A stretch of DNA of 64,000 nucleotides from an uncultured Myxococcales bacterium (GTDB lineage: Bacteria; Myxococcota_A; UBA9042; DTJE01), in assembly GCA_903857665.1 (NCBI GenBank), contig CAIOFV010000098.1:968-64967 (forward strand), given 5' to 3'. This document shows, piece by piece, positions 1 to 9,306 of this stretch. The position numbers and the translations under genes are program-made. The notes beneath the pieces were generated by a model. That model had not been told where the DNA came from and did no database searches. It worked only from the letters and a program-made list of their open reading frames with translations. How positions within the stretch are numbered: position 1 is the stretch's first letter; each line of letters starts with the position of its first letter.

Positions 1-651
1 CGCGCAGCGGTCCGCCAGCGGGCAGATGGAGCAGTGGGGCGACGTGGGCCGGCAGACGCGCTGGCCGAAGGTCACCAGGAGGGCATTGATCGGCTTCCAG
101 TGCTCGGGCGGCAGGACCTGGCGCAACCGGGCCTCGGTGGCCAGCGGATCCCTCGTCGCGATCCAGCCCAGCCGGTTCGGGATGCGATGGACGTGGGTAT
201 CGACGCACAGCCCGGGCAGGTCGAAGCCTTCCGTCATCACCAGGTTCGCCGTCTTGCGGCCGACGCCGCCGAAGGTCAGCAGCACGTCGATGTCCGCGGG
301 CACGACGCCCCCGAATTCGTCGATCAGCCGCTGCGACAGGGCCTTCAGGCGCGCGGCCTTCGTCGGGTAGAAGTTCACGGGACGGATGGCGGCGGCGATG
401 GCGCCCACGTCCATCGCGGCCAGTGTCGCCGGAGTGTCGGCCAGCGCGAACAGGCGTTCGGCGGCGACCTCGGTCACCGGGTCCTGGGTCCGGAGGCTGA
501 GGATCGTCGCGACCAGCACGCGGAAGGGGTCGTGGCGCTCCCCGGCCACCTTCGTCACCGACGGCGGCTCGAACCCCTGCCGCCAGGCCTCCAGCGTCGC
601 GACGAGGTGGTCCCAGGCGGCTCGGCCCGGGTCGCAGGGGGGGCGGGTCAC
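1..651 (-). CDS. nth: Endonuclease III (HhH-GPD DNA glycosylase, 4Fe-4S); 3' end runs off the window
   Basis: Missing from the ORF track; manual translation gives DPFRVLVATILSLRTQD, GVGRKTANLV (catalytic Lys), CVDTHVHRIPNRLGW and CRPTSPHCSICPLADRC. The GTG start overlaps the trxB stop (GTGA). Confidence 0.92.
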   Translation of the reverse strand, partial: MTRPPCDPGRAAWDHLVATLEAWRQGFEPPSVTKVAGERHDPFRVLVATILSLRTQDPVTEVAAERLFALADTPATLAAMDVGAIAAAIRPVNFYPTKAARLKALSQRLIDEFGGVVPADIDVLLTFGGVGRKTANLVMTEGFDLPGLCVDTHVHRIPNRLGWIATRDPLATEARLRQVLPPEHWKPINALLVTFGQRVCRPTSPHCSICPLADRCA

Positions 652-1574
652 AGCGAATGCTCCTCGAGGTACTTCTCGACGTCGATGGCGGCGGCGCACC
701 CGGTCCCGGCCGCCGTGATCGCCTGGCGGTAGCGCGTGTCGACCACGTCGCCGCACGCGAACACGCCGTGGACGCTCGTTTCCGTGTGGCGCTTCGTGAC
801 GACGTACCCGACGGGGTCCAGATCGACGTGTCCCCGGACGACCTCGGTGTTGGGCTTGTGGCCGATGCCCAGGAACAACCCCTGGACCGGCAGGGTCGAT
901 GTGTCGCCGGTCACGGTGTCCTTCAGCCGCAGGCCGACCACCTCGTGGCCCGTTTCGGTCAGGACCTCATCGACGGTCGCGTTCCAGCGGAAGGCGATCT
1001 TCGGGTTTTCGAACGCCCGGTCCTGCATCGCCTTCGACCCGCGCAGCTTGTCGCGCCGGTGGATCACGGTGACCTTCGTGGCGAAGCGCGTCAGGAACGT
1101 CTCCTCTTCCAGCGCCGTGTCCCCGCCGCCCACGACCGCCAGTTCCTTCCCCTTGAAGAAGAAGCCGTCGCACGTCGCGCACGCGGAAACCCCGTGGCCG
1201 ATCAGGCGCTGCTCGGACGGCAGGCCCAGGTACTGGGCCGACGCGCCCGTGGCCAGGATCACCGACGCGGCCTCGACCCATTCGGCCTCATCGACCTGCA
1301 CGCGGAACGGCCTCCGGCTGAAGTCCACCTGGGAGGCCGTCGCGAACACGGTCTCGGCGCCGAAGCGCTGGGCCTGTTCGCGCATCTTGTCCATCAATTC
1401 CGGGCCCTGGATGCCTTCCGGGAAGCCGGGGAAATTCTCGATGTCGGTGGTCTGGGTCAACTGGCCGCCCGGCTGGATGCCTTCGAGGACCAGGGGCGCC
1501 AGGTTGGCGCGCGCCGTGTAGATGGCCGCCGTAAGCCCGGCCGGGCCCGAGCCGATGATCACCACGTTCCGCAT
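648..1574 (-). CDS. trxB: Thioredoxin-disulfide reductase
   Basis: GSGPAG FAD motif, CATCDG redox centre, GGGDTA NADPH motif, YRQAITAAG. Confidence 0.97.
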   Translation of the reverse strand: MRNVVIIGSGPAGLTAAIYTARANLAPLVLEGIQPGGQLTQTTDIENFPGFPEGIQGPELMDKMREQAQRFGAETVFATASQVDFSRRPFRVQVDEAEWVEAASVILATGASAQYLGLPSEQRLIGHGVSACATCDGFFFKGKELAVVGGGDTALEEETFLTRFATKVTVIHRRDKLRGSKAMQDRAFENPKIAFRWNATVDEVLTETGHEVVGLRLKDTVTGDTSTLPVQGLFLGIGHKPNTEVVRGHVDLDPVGYVVTKRHTETSVHGVFACGDVVDTRYRQAITAAGTGCAAAIDVEKYLEEHSL

Positions 1575-1684
1575 GGAGCCTCCTCGTCACGCTCGGCCGG
1601 ACACGCAGATCCGCGAACCCCGTCGCGGGCGCCGGCATCGCGATACTGTATGCATGCGGGCCGCTTGTGCAAGCCTCGCCCGCC

Positions 1685-1713
1685 TTGACAATCGTGCCCC
1701 CGGGGACCAGACT
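1685..1713 (+). promoter_or_regulatory. Putative sigma70 promoter of thiSGE
   Basis: TTGACA-17 nt-CAGACT, about 50 nt upstream of the thiS ATG. Confidence 0.5.
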
Positions 1714-1764
1714 GCCGGCACCAGGCAGGGCGCGGCGGGCCGCGCTGCGACGGGGTTTTCCGCG

Positions 1765-1965
1765 ATGAGGATCCGGGTCAACGGCGTCGAACGCGAGGTC
1801 CCCGAAGCGACCACCGTCCGGGACTTGCTGGCCGGCCTTGGACTGCCTCCGGGACCGGTGGCGGTCGAGGTCAACCGGGACATCGTCCCGCGGACGCGAC
1901 ACGCCGAGCACGTTCTGGGCGAGGGCGATCGGGTCGAGGTCGTGACCCTGGTCGGGGGAGGATGA
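1765..1965 (+). CDS. thiS: Sulfur carrier protein ThiS
   Basis: 66 aa, MRIRVNG...[12 protein letters not shown]...[10 protein letters not shown] with C-terminal diglycine; directly upstream of thiG. Confidence 0.95.
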   Translation: MRIRVNGVEREVPEATTVRDLLAGLGLPPGPVAVEVNRDIVPRTRHAEHVLGEGDRVEVVTLVGGG

Positions 1966-2756
1966 AGGTGGAAGCGCGGGCAGGCACGGATCGGCCCCTG
2001 GTCCTCGACGGGCGCGAATTTCGCTCGCGCCTCATCGTGGGCACGGGCAAGTACCCGGATTTCGCGACCATGAACGCGGCGCTGATCGAGTCGGGCGCCG
2101 AGATCGTGACCGTGGCCCTGCGGCGCGTGGACCTGTCCCAACGGGGCGAGGGGTCGTTCTTCGCGTCGATCCCGGCGGGCATGACGATCCTGCCCAACAC
2201 GGCGGCCTGCTACACGGCCGAGGACGCGGTCCGAACCTGCCGGCTGGCGAGGGAACTGGGCCTCGGGCCGATGGTGAAACTGGAGGTCATCGGGGATCCG
2301 AAGACCCTGCTGCCCGACGTCGCAGGGCTTCTTGAAGCCGCGAAGGTGCTGGTGGCCGAAGGGTTCGTGGTCCTGCCGTACACCAACGACGACCCGATCA
2401 CGGCGAAGCGCCTCGAAGAGGTCGGTTGCGCCGCGGTGATGCCGCTGGCCGCGCCGATCGGTTCGGGCCTGGGCATCCGGAACCCCCACAACATCCGCCT
2501 GATCATCGAGCAGGCGAAGGTGCCCGTGCTGGTGGATGCCGGCGTGGGGACCGCCTCGGACGCAGCCGTGGCGATGGAACTGGGCTGCGACGGCATCCTG
2601 ATGAACACCGCGATCGCCGGCGCCGGCGACCCGGTTTCGATGGCCCGGGCGATGCGCCTGGCCGTCGAGGCGGGACGGCTGGCCCACCTGGCGGGCCGGA
2701 TCCCACGCAAGGCCTACGCCAACGCCTCCAGCCCGACCTCCGACCTCATCGAGTAG
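1962..2756 (+). CDS. thiG: Thiazole synthase
   Basis: [46 protein letters not shown]; ATGA overlap with thiS. Confidence 0.97.
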   Translation: MKVEARAGTDRPLVLDGREFRSRLIVGTGKYPDFATMNAALIESGAEIVTVALRRVDLSQRGEGSFFASIPAGMTILPNTAACYTAEDAVRTCRLARELGLGPMVKLEVIGDPKTLLPDVAGLLEAAKVLVAEGFVVLPYTNDDPITAKRLEEVGCAAVMPLAAPIGSGLGIRNPHNIRLIIEQAKVPVLVDAGVGTASDAAVAMELGCDGILMNTAIAGAGDPVSMARAMRLAVEAGRLAHLAGRIPRKAYANASSPTSDLIE

Positions 2757-2767
2757 GCGCGTCGCCC

Positions 2768-3412
2768 ATGCCCCACCCGGCCCCACGCCTCTACGTGATC
2801 AGCGACCGGCGGCTCGCGGGCGGCATCGCCGGGATGCTGGATTCCCTGTGCCGCATCGCCGCCGTGCTGGCTCCCGGAACCCTGGCCGTGCAGGTCCGCG
2901 AAAAGGACCTGGCGCCGCGGGACATCGTCGCCCTGGCGCGATCGATGGTGGGATGCCTGGCTCCCTGGGGCGTCCCGGTCCTGGTCAACGACCGGTTCGA
3001 CCTGGCGAAGGCATCGGGAGCCGCGGGCGTGCACCTGTCCTCCTCGGGACTGGACCCGGTGGAGGTCCGCAAGGCGTACGGCGGGATCGTGTCGGTATCG
3101 ACGCACTCGGCCGCCGAATTGTCCCGCCTGCATCCCGCGAACGTTGATTTCGCAGTGTTCGGCCCGATCTTCGACACCCCCTCGAAACGCCCGCATGGAC
3201 CGCCCCTGGGCGTCGAAGCCCTGTGTCATGCCGTGCGCGTTTCGGGCGTGCCCGTGGTGGCCCTCGGCGGCATCCGCCTGGGCAACGTGGGCCTCCTGTC
3301 CGGATCGGGCGCGGCGGGCATCGCGACGATCTCGGCCGTCCTGGCGGCCCCGGACCCTGCCGAGGCTGCGTGCCGAATGGCGGACGCGGCAGTCGCGGCG
3401 CGAAGCCATTGA
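2768..3412 (+). CDS. thiE: Thiamine phosphate synthase (ThiE/TenI family)
   Basis: QVREKD, VNDRFD, GVHL, STHS, GPIFDTPSK, ALGGI; start reassigned to ATG 2768. Confidence 0.85.
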   Translation: MPHPAPRLYVISDRRLAGGIAGMLDSLCRIAAVLAPGTLAVQVREKDLAPRDIVALARSMVGCLAPWGVPVLVNDRFDLAKASGAAGVHLSSSGLDPVEVRKAYGGIVSVSTHSAAELSRLHPANVDFAVFGPIFDTPSKRPHGPPLGVEALCHAVRVSGVPVVALGGIRLGNVGLLSGSGAAGIATISAVLAAPDPAEAACRMADAAVAARSH

Positions 3413-3440
3413 CGTGTTGCTGCGGAATCCAGGGAGGGGA

Positions 3441-3950
3441 TCAGAGGTTCGTCGGAACGCTCAACTCGCCGTCGCCGCCGGCGTACTCGATGCGGTTCCG
3501 ACCGGCGGTCTTGGCCCGCAGCACCGCGTTGCGCGCCGCGTCGATCAACGAATCGATCTGGGCTTCGTCGGACGGCACGCCCCGTGACACGCCGATGCTG
3601 ACCGTCACGCGCACCTGCCGCCCCTTCCAGTCGAAGACGTGGTCGCCGATGATGCGGCGCAGCTTTTCGGCCATCACGACCGAGCCGAAGGCATTCTTGT
3701 CGACCGAAAGGACGATGTAGTCCTCCCGATCCCAGCGTCCGACGACGTCGATGGAACGGGTCTGGTGCCGGATCAACTGGGCGATCTCGTCGAGGACGAA
3801 ATCCCCGGCTTCCTTGCCGAGCTTGGCGTTGATCATGCCCATCCCGTCCACATTGATCAGCAGGATGGACAAATGGGCCTCGAAACGACGGGCGCGCTCG
3901 GCCTCGGCCCCGATGCCGTCCCGCACGCCGAGCCCTTCCTCGCGAGCCAT
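3441..3950 (-). CDS. Stand-alone degenerate GGDEF-domain protein (probable c-di-GMP receptor)
   Basis: GGDEF-fold signatures (INAKLGKEAGDFVL, VTVSIGVS, AKTAGRN) but the A-site reads DREDY; RxxD I-site (RSID) retained; RBS GGGAGG before ATG 3950. Confidence 0.85.
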   Translation of the reverse strand: MAREEGLGVRDGIGAEAERARRFEAHLSILLINVDGMGMINAKLGKEAGDFVLDEIAQLIRHQTRSIDVVGRWDREDYIVLSVDKNAFGSVVMAEKLRRIIGDHVFDWKGRQVRVTVSIGVSRGVPSDEAQIDSLIDAARNAVLRAKTAGRNRIEYAGGDGELSVPTNL

Positions 3951-3977
3951 GATCCCTCCCCGACGATCGACCAAAGG

Positions 3978-4006
3978 ATGGTACCGCTCCCCTCCCGGCG
4001 TTGCAA
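3978..4006 (-). promoter_or_regulatory. Putative sigma70 promoter of the GGDEF gene
   Basis: Minus strand TTGCAA-17 nt-TACCAT. Confidence 0.5.
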
Positions 4007-4066
4007 TCAACCCCGGTTTCAATGGAGGCGGCGCTGGAAAGGGGGCGAACGTGCAGACGGAACCGG

Positions 4067-5113
4067 TCAGTACCCCGCGAGCATGTCCACCGGGGCGCCG
4101 ACCTCGAACTCGCGATTGGTGTAGTCGATGATGCCGAGCGACGTGGACTCGCCGGCCTCGATGACCAGGATTTCCCCGTAGATTTCTGGCGGGAAATCGC
4201 CGCGTTTCGAGGCCTTCGGGTTGAATTTCGGCACGCCGTCACCCTTTTCGCGGACCACGAAGCGATTGCCCGCCTGGACGCCGTCGGCCGTGCCCCGATC
4301 GATGATTACATAGTGGAACTCGCCCAGGTAGGGCACGTCGTCGAAGGTCATCACCACGGTGCCCGCCACCGCGCTGGCGTTCTTGACGGGCGGGACCATC
4401 CGCTGCAGGGGTGCGAACGGCGCAACCCGGTCCCCTCGTTCGATTTCCTCGAAGGAGGTCAGCAGGACCGACTTGTTCAGTTTGGCGTCGGTCGCGGTGA
4501 CCTTCGCCACACCGAGGTACTTCACCTGGTACCCCATCTTCTTGTGGGTGACGGGGTGCTTGACCTTGCCGACCGTCCGGTAGATCAGGAAGAGGTCGCC
4601 CGGCTTGATGCGCCGCTGGGTTTCGAACCGGATGTACGCCTCGTCGTGGTCGCTCAGCCAGATCTTTTCTTCCCGGGAGTTCTGCAGGACGCCCGACCCC
4701 TTGAATTCGTCCTCGGTGACGAAGCCCACGCGGCGACCCAGCGCCAGTTCGGTCCGCGGGCCCGCCGAGTAGCGCGACTCGGTGACCTGGTAGCCCTCCT
4801 GCTTCTTCGCGGCCTGCGGCTGCGGCGGCACCAGGAAGACCTGGTCGCCCGGGAAGATCCAGTTCGGGTTCGTGATCTGCGGGTTGAACGACCAGAGCGT
4901 CGGCCAGTAGTCGGGATCGCTGAAGAAGCGATCCGCGATGTCCCAGAGGGTGTCCCCCTCCTCGGCGATGTAGACGTTCATCTCGCCGGCGCTGCCGCCG
5001 CTGACCTGGATCTCCTGGGCGGAGGCCACCGCGGGGAACGCCGCAGCCGCGAGGGTCACGGCCAGGATGGCCAGGGCCCGAAGGGGCGTCCGCAAGAGGG
5101 TCGCTCCGCTCAT
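4067..5113 (-). CDS. Secreted LysM peptidoglycan-binding protein
   Basis: Signal peptide (AVASA-Q), LysM GDTLWDIADRFFSDPDYWPTLWSFNPQITNPNWIFPGD, beta-rich C-terminal region; RBS GGAGGACGAGG. Confidence 0.88.
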   Translation of the reverse strand: MSGATLLRTPLRALAILAVTLAAAAFPAVASAQEIQVSGGSAGEMNVYIAEEGDTLWDIADRFFSDPDYWPTLWSFNPQITNPNWIFPGDQVFLVPPQPQAAKKQEGYQVTESRYSAGPRTELALGRRVGFVTEDEFKGSGVLQNSREEKIWLSDHDEAYIRFETQRRIKPGDLFLIYRTVGKVKHPVTHKKMGYQVKYLGVAKVTATDAKLNKSVLLTSFEEIERGDRVAPFAPLQRMVPPVKNASAVAGTVVMTFDDVPYLGEFHYVIIDRGTADGVQAGNRFVVREKGDGVPKFNPKASKRGDFPPEIYGEILVIEAGESTSLGIIDYTNREFEVGAPVDMLAGY

Positions 5114-5160
5114 CCTCGTCCTCCCGGGCCGGCGCAGGGGCGCCCCGGCCGCACACAGGG

Positions 5161-6159
5161 TCACGGCATCTCGCCCAGAAGCCGCATGGCGACGGCCGCC
5201 GCGGGGCTGTCCGGGAACGTCAACATGACGGAATCGTACATCCGCCTGGCCTCGTCGGGCTGCTGCATCCGCAGCGCGCACATGCCCACCTTGACCATCG
5301 CGTCGGGAACCTTGTTGCCGTCGGGGTGTTCGGTGACCACCCGCATGAATTCACGCCGGGCGCTTTCCCAGTCCTTGCGGTCGTAGAAGCATTCGCCGAC
5401 CCAGTACTGGGCGTTGTCCGCGTAGGGATGCTTCGGATAGGCCTTCGCGAAGGCCCTGAACGCAGCCAGCGCCTCGTCCAGGCGCCCCTGCTGGTACGAT
5501 TCGTAGGCCGCCCGGTAGGCGGCGAGAGGAGCGGCGTCCTCCGAGGGATCCGCCAGGCGCGCGCCGTCCTTCGGCACCGGGCGAATGCCGGCCGTCCGGA
5601 CCGACGACCGGCTGTATCCCTTCCCGGAAGGCTTCGAAGAGGTCACCCGCCCCTCGTCGTCGAGGGACGAATAGACGTCGCCCATGTCGTCCGGGTTTCC
5701 CACCTCGCGGCGTTCCCGGGCGGAACGGGGCGACGGGGCATCGTCAGCGTCGTCCTCCCCGGACTCGGCCGCATTGTCGGCCGCGGTCGGGGTCATGCGG
5801 ACCATCGGGAGGGGCGGAAGGCTGGGCGTGCGGATCGTCACGGCACCGGATTGAAAATCGGGCTTCTGCGTCGTCGGAACCGCCCCTGAAGCCGTCCCAG
5901 GAGCCGCGGCCGGGGGCGCCAGGACCGGGGGGGCGCCGACCCGCGACACGGCCAGGCGCTGGGTATCCACCTGGTCCTGCAGCAGGAGAAGGGAGTCCTC
6001 CAGGCCGGCGGTGCGCTGGCGTTGCGTGGCGTTCGCGTGGTCCAGTTCGGCCAGTCGCGCCTTCAAGCCGTCGATCTCGGTGCGCAGTTCGGCGACCTGG
6101 CCGTTGCACCCGGCCAACCCCACCGCCCATGTCACCGCCACGACGACCCCGAAACGCAT
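5161..6159 (-). CDS. Tol-Pal YbgF/CpoB-like lipoprotein (coiled coil + disordered linker + TPR)
   Basis: Lipobox LAGC, N-terminal coiled coil, C-terminal YADNAQYWVGECFY...NKVPDAMVKVG TPRs typical of YbgF. Confidence 0.85.
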   Translation of the reverse strand: MRFGVVVAVTWAVGLAGCNGQVAELRTEIDGLKARLAELDHANATQRQRTAGLEDSLLLLQDQVDTQRLAVSRVGAPPVLAPPAAAPGTASGAVPTTQKPDFQSGAVTIRTPSLPPLPMVRMTPTAADNAAESGEDDADDAPSPRSARERREVGNPDDMGDVYSSLDDEGRVTSSKPSGKGYSRSSVRTAGIRPVPKDGARLADPSEDAAPLAAYRAAYESYQQGRLDEALAAFRAFAKAYPKHPYADNAQYWVGECFYDRKDWESARREFMRVVTEHPDGNKVPDAMVKVGMCALRMQQPDEARRMYDSVMLTFPDSPAAAVAMRLLGEMP

Positions 6160-6189
6160 GCAACGCCCCGCACGGACGAATCTCGGACG

Positions 6190-6219
6190 ATTGTAGGCCC
6201 ACACCCGGACGTGGGACAA
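6190..6219 (-). promoter_or_regulatory. Putative promoter of the ybgF-like/lysM unit
   Basis: Minus strand TTGTCC-18 nt-TACAAT. Confidence 0.45.
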
Positions 6220-6330
6220 GAATACGCACCGCCCGGCCAATCCGCGATGGCCGGATCGGACCGACCGGGCCGGGGGTGAAGGTTTCCGTACGCCGACCGA
6301 CACCTGCACGGATAGGGAGGGGGGACGGGA

Positions 6331-6360
6331 TTGACATCTCCCGTGCGCGCGGCGTACATT
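6331..6360 (+). promoter_or_regulatory. Putative promoter of pal
   Basis: TTGACA-18 nt-TACATT; strong RBS GAGGGAGG before ATG 6419. Confidence 0.5.
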
Positions 6361-6418
6361 CGGGACGCGCTGGAAAAGCAAATCGACTCCGGCAACGGGT
6401 CTTGAGAGGGAGGAACTC

Positions 6419-7216
6419 ATGCGCTTCGGAAAGATGACCGTCCTTGCTGGCCTGGGGATCTTCGCCGCCTTCGCCTTCGCGGCCTGCGGCCCGAAGTACC
6501 CGAACTGCGACGAGGACAAGAACTGCAAGGATCACAACCAGTTCTGTGTCGACAAGATGTGTCGCGACTGCGCGGTCGATGCGCACTGCAAGGCCAAGGG
6601 CCCCTGCGCGTTCTGCGGCAGCGACTATACCTGCCAGGCCCCGACCGGCCTGCTGGGTGACTGCTGCGTGTCCGACGCGAACTGCAAGGACGGCGGCAAG
6701 TGCTGGAAGCTGCCGGGCGCCGATCGCGGCAACTGCGCCAAGTGCCTCCAGGCGGGCGACTGCGGCGCGAACTTCAAGTGCGTCCAGGGCGCGTGCGTGC
6801 CGGAAGCCGAGTGCGGCGCCGACAAGCCCTGCGCCGCCGGCCAGCGCTGCGACGGTGGCAAGTGCGTCGCCGACGTCTGCGCGTTGAACTCGATCTACTT
6901 CGACTTCGACGAATCGGCGATCCGGGCGGACGCCCGCGACACGCTGAACCAGGATTGGCAGTGCATCCAGAAGCGCAAGCTGGGCCCGAAGGAGGTCGTG
7001 TCGATCGAAGGCAACTGCGACGAGCGCGGCGCCGACGAGTACAACATGGCCCTGGGCACCCGGCGCGCCGAGGCGGCCAAGAAGTTCCTGCTGAACCTGG
7101 GCCTGAAGAAGGGCAACGCGAAGACCATTTCCTATGGCGAGGAGCGCCCGGTCTGCAACGACCAGAGCGAGTCCTGCTGGTCGCGCAACCGCCGCACGGA
7201 CATCAAGATCCCGTGA
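6419..7216 (+). CDS. pal: Peptidoglycan-associated lipoprotein (OmpA/Pal domain) with Cys-rich N-terminal repeats
   Basis: Lipobox FAAC; IYFDFDES, IEGNCDERG..EYNMALG.RRA, SYGEERP, NRR; about 23 Cys between the lipid anchor and the OmpA domain. Confidence 0.88.
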   Translation: MRFGKMTVLAGLGIFAAFAFAACGPKYPNCDEDKNCKDHNQFCVDKMCRDCAVDAHCKAKGPCAFCGSDYTCQAPTGLLGDCCVSDANCKDGGKCWKLPGADRGNCAKCLQAGDCGANFKCVQGACVPEAECGADKPCAAGQRCDGGKCVADVCALNSIYFDFDESAIRADARDTLNQDWQCIQKRKLGPKEVVSIEGNCDERGADEYNMALGTRRAEAAKKFLLNLGLKKGNAKTISYGEERPVCNDQSESCWSRNRRTDIKIP

Positions 7217-7250
7217 CGGCCTCCCCTGCCGCCCCACCATCGGTGATGCC

Positions 7251-8054
7251 ATGAACGCACGCAACTGGCTGTCTATCCTCGCCTTGGCGCCGCTCCTGGC
7301 GGCATCGACCGGGTGCGTGACGATCTGGAAGTTCAACGACACGGTCGCGACGCTGGAAACCCGGGTCAAGACGCTGGAGCAGCAGAAGGAGGAGATGGCC
7401 TCCGTCCAGCAGCAGGACCGGACCCGCATGGAAACCGTCCGCAAGGAACTGGACGACGCCACGGATGCCCTGCGCAAGGGTGGCGCCAACCTGGGCGCCG
7501 ACGTGGACGCCCTGAAGCAGGACGTCGCCCGCCTGAAGGGCGTGGACGAGGAGCACGCCTGGGCGCAGGGCAAGTCCCAGGAGGACATCGAGGCGATCAA
7601 GAAGGCGCTGGATTCGTTGGGCGCGCCGATCGTTCCCATCCCGGCGAACATCGGCCAGGACCGCGAGGCCCTGCTGACCGCGGCTCGCGAGGCCGTCGCG
7701 AAGGGGGATGGCTCCCAGGCGCGAGGCCTGTTGCGGCGATTCCTGGAAACATTCCCGGACGAACCGCGGGCCGGCGAGGCGCAGTACCTGGTCGGCGAGT
7801 CGTTCTTCAAGGAAGGCAAGTGGGGCCAAGCCGTCAAGGAGTTCCAGCGCGTCTACGACCGCTACAAGGATGTGAAGGCCGCGCCGGTGGGCAAGGCCCT
7901 GCTGCGCATCGCCGACTGCCTCCTGAAGCAGGGGGACTGCAAGAAGGCCGCGGGCGTCTACCAGTTCCTGGCCGACCTGCAGAAGAAGACCCCGGAAGCC
8001 GACCAGGCCAGGACCGGCTACAAAAAGCTCAAGAAGACCTGCAAGGGCCTGTAG
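7251..8054 (+). CDS. CpoB/YbgF-like TPR lipoprotein
   Basis: Lipobox STGC, coiled coil, TPRs (EAQYLVGESFFKEGKW...KALLRIADC); directly downstream of pal. Confidence 0.8.
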   Translation: MNARNWLSILALAPLLAASTGCVTIWKFNDTVATLETRVKTLEQQKEEMASVQQQDRTRMETVRKELDDATDALRKGGANLGADVDALKQDVARLKGVDEEHAWAQGKSQEDIEAIKKALDSLGAPIVPIPANIGQDREALLTAAREAVAKGDGSQARGLLRRFLETFPDEPRAGEAQYLVGESFFKEGKWGQAVKEFQRVYDRYKDVKAAPVGKALLRIADCLLKQGDCKKAAGVYQFLADLQKKTPEADQARTGYKKLKKTCKGL

Positions 8055-8093
8055 GGCCCCGTTTCACCCGCACCGCCGACGATGCTGGAAGCG

Positions 8094-8648
8094 TTACGGG
8101 CCCGTCCGATCCGGGTCGTACTTGAACAGCGGCCCCTGGACCGTTTCCTTCAATTCCCGCCCGAAGCGCCGACGCCAGTCCTCCTCGAACAGCACCTGCT
8201 TGAGGAACCCGCGCAGCCACTGGACGGATTCGATGTTCCACCGCTGCAGCAGGTCCGGCGGGCGATAGCGCAGGGCCCTCAGCTCGGCCATCTGCAGTTC
8301 GGCGTCGCGGTCCCGGATTTCCACGACCTCCAGCGGCAGAGCGTCCTCCACCACGCGCTCCGCCCGCTGAGTGTTGCGCAGAAAGAACTGGGGGACCTTC
8401 TGCTCCATCTGGGAATCCATCCCGGGCGGCCGCTCCGCCATGCGCTGGACCCACGTCCGCACCCGGATCGTGCCCGTGCGCCGCAGCACCGCCCGGGCGG
8501 CGACGTACAGGGGACGATCCTCCATCGAGGAAGGGCCGACGAACCGCTCGGCGCCGATGGGCGCGGTCCATCGGGCAGCGATACGGCGCGACAGCCGTTC
8601 GACCGCCAGTTCCAGAGGAGGGGATTCCGGGGGCGTCCTGGGCCGCAT
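8094..8648 (-). CDS. Hypothetical protein, last gene of the Ycf46 operon
   Basis: ATG overlaps the DUF2997 stop (TGATG); RBS GGGAAGAAG; helical, charged sequence. Confidence 0.65.
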   Translation of the reverse strand: MRPRTPPESPPLELAVERLSRRIAARWTAPIGAERFVGPSSMEDRPLYVAARAVLRRTGTIRVRTWVQRMAERPPGMDSQMEQKVPQFFLRNTQRAERVVEDALPLEVVEIRDRDAELQMAELRALRYRPPDLLQRWNIESVQWLRGFLKQVLFEEDWRRRFGRELKETVQGPLFKYDPDRTGP

Positions 8649-8857
8649 CACTTCTTCCCGACGCGGACGTGCTCGTGCTCGGGGACGATCTCCTGGACCT
8701 CCTCCTGGTAGAACTCGGAGGTGTTCTGGGTGGACAGCGTCTGGCCCAGTTCTTCCAGGAATTTCGTGATGTCCTGGCACTTCCTGCCCTTGACCCCCTT
8801 CACCTCGAAGAACAGGGTGCCGTCGGGCCGTATCTGGATGTCGATCTCGTGGGCCAT
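8648..8857 (-). CDS. DUF2997-family small protein
   Basis: 69 aa, IQIRPDG..FEVKGVKGRKCQDITKFLEELG...TSEFYQ, matching the DUF2997 pattern; RBS AGGAG. Confidence 0.85.
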   Translation of the reverse strand: MAHEIDIQIRPDGTLFFEVKGVKGRKCQDITKFLEELGQTLSTQNTSEFYQEEVQEIVPEHEHVRVGKK

Positions 8858-8889
8858 CCCGGACTCCTGAAAAGGCGTCTGCGCCCGTT

Positions 8890-9288
8890 CTAGAACTTGC
8901 GCACCCGGATGTGGATCGACTGGTCGGCCGCGGTCTCCTCCACGGCGAGGGTGTATCCGCGTTTCTGCAGTTCCTGCTTGACCTTGGTCTGGGCGTAGCG
9001 CTGGGTGAGGCGCTGGACGAACTCGGCCTCGGTGACCCCGCGGGTCGTTTCCACGCCCCACCAGTCGGCGATGAACTGCACGCCTTTCGGGCCGACGCGC
9101 ACGCCGATGTCGTAGGTCCGGCTGGCGTGAATCACCATGTCGGCCTCGGCCTTCTGCCCCTGGTAGCCTTTCACGCTCAGCTTCTGGCCCTCTTCCGCCT
9201 GCGTCACGCGGTACCCGAGGGCCTTGAGCACCTCGGCGAGGCAGACGACGTCGTTGATCTTCGTCTGGACGGTCGTGAAATGGGACAC
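8890..9288 (-). CDS. DUF1257 / Ycf35-like protein
   Basis: MSHFTTVQTKI...L..LGY...YDIG...IADWWG...LTQRYA...GY, the characteristic DUF1257 pattern. Confidence 0.88.
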   Translation of the reverse strand: MSHFTTVQTKINDVVCLAEVLKALGYRVTQAEEGQKLSVKGYQGQKAEADMVIHASRTYDIGVRVGPKGVQFIADWWGVETTRGVTEAEFVQRLTQRYAQTKVKQELQKRGYTLAVEETAADQSIHIRVRKF

Positions 9289-9306
9289 GGCGTTCCCCTC
9301 CGGCGG

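Noticed and set aside
1575-1764. TPP riboswitch upstream of thiSGE
   Set aside because: No CTGAGA or CCTGA...TAATxCCxGCGxAGG core visible; the predicted leader is only about 45 nt
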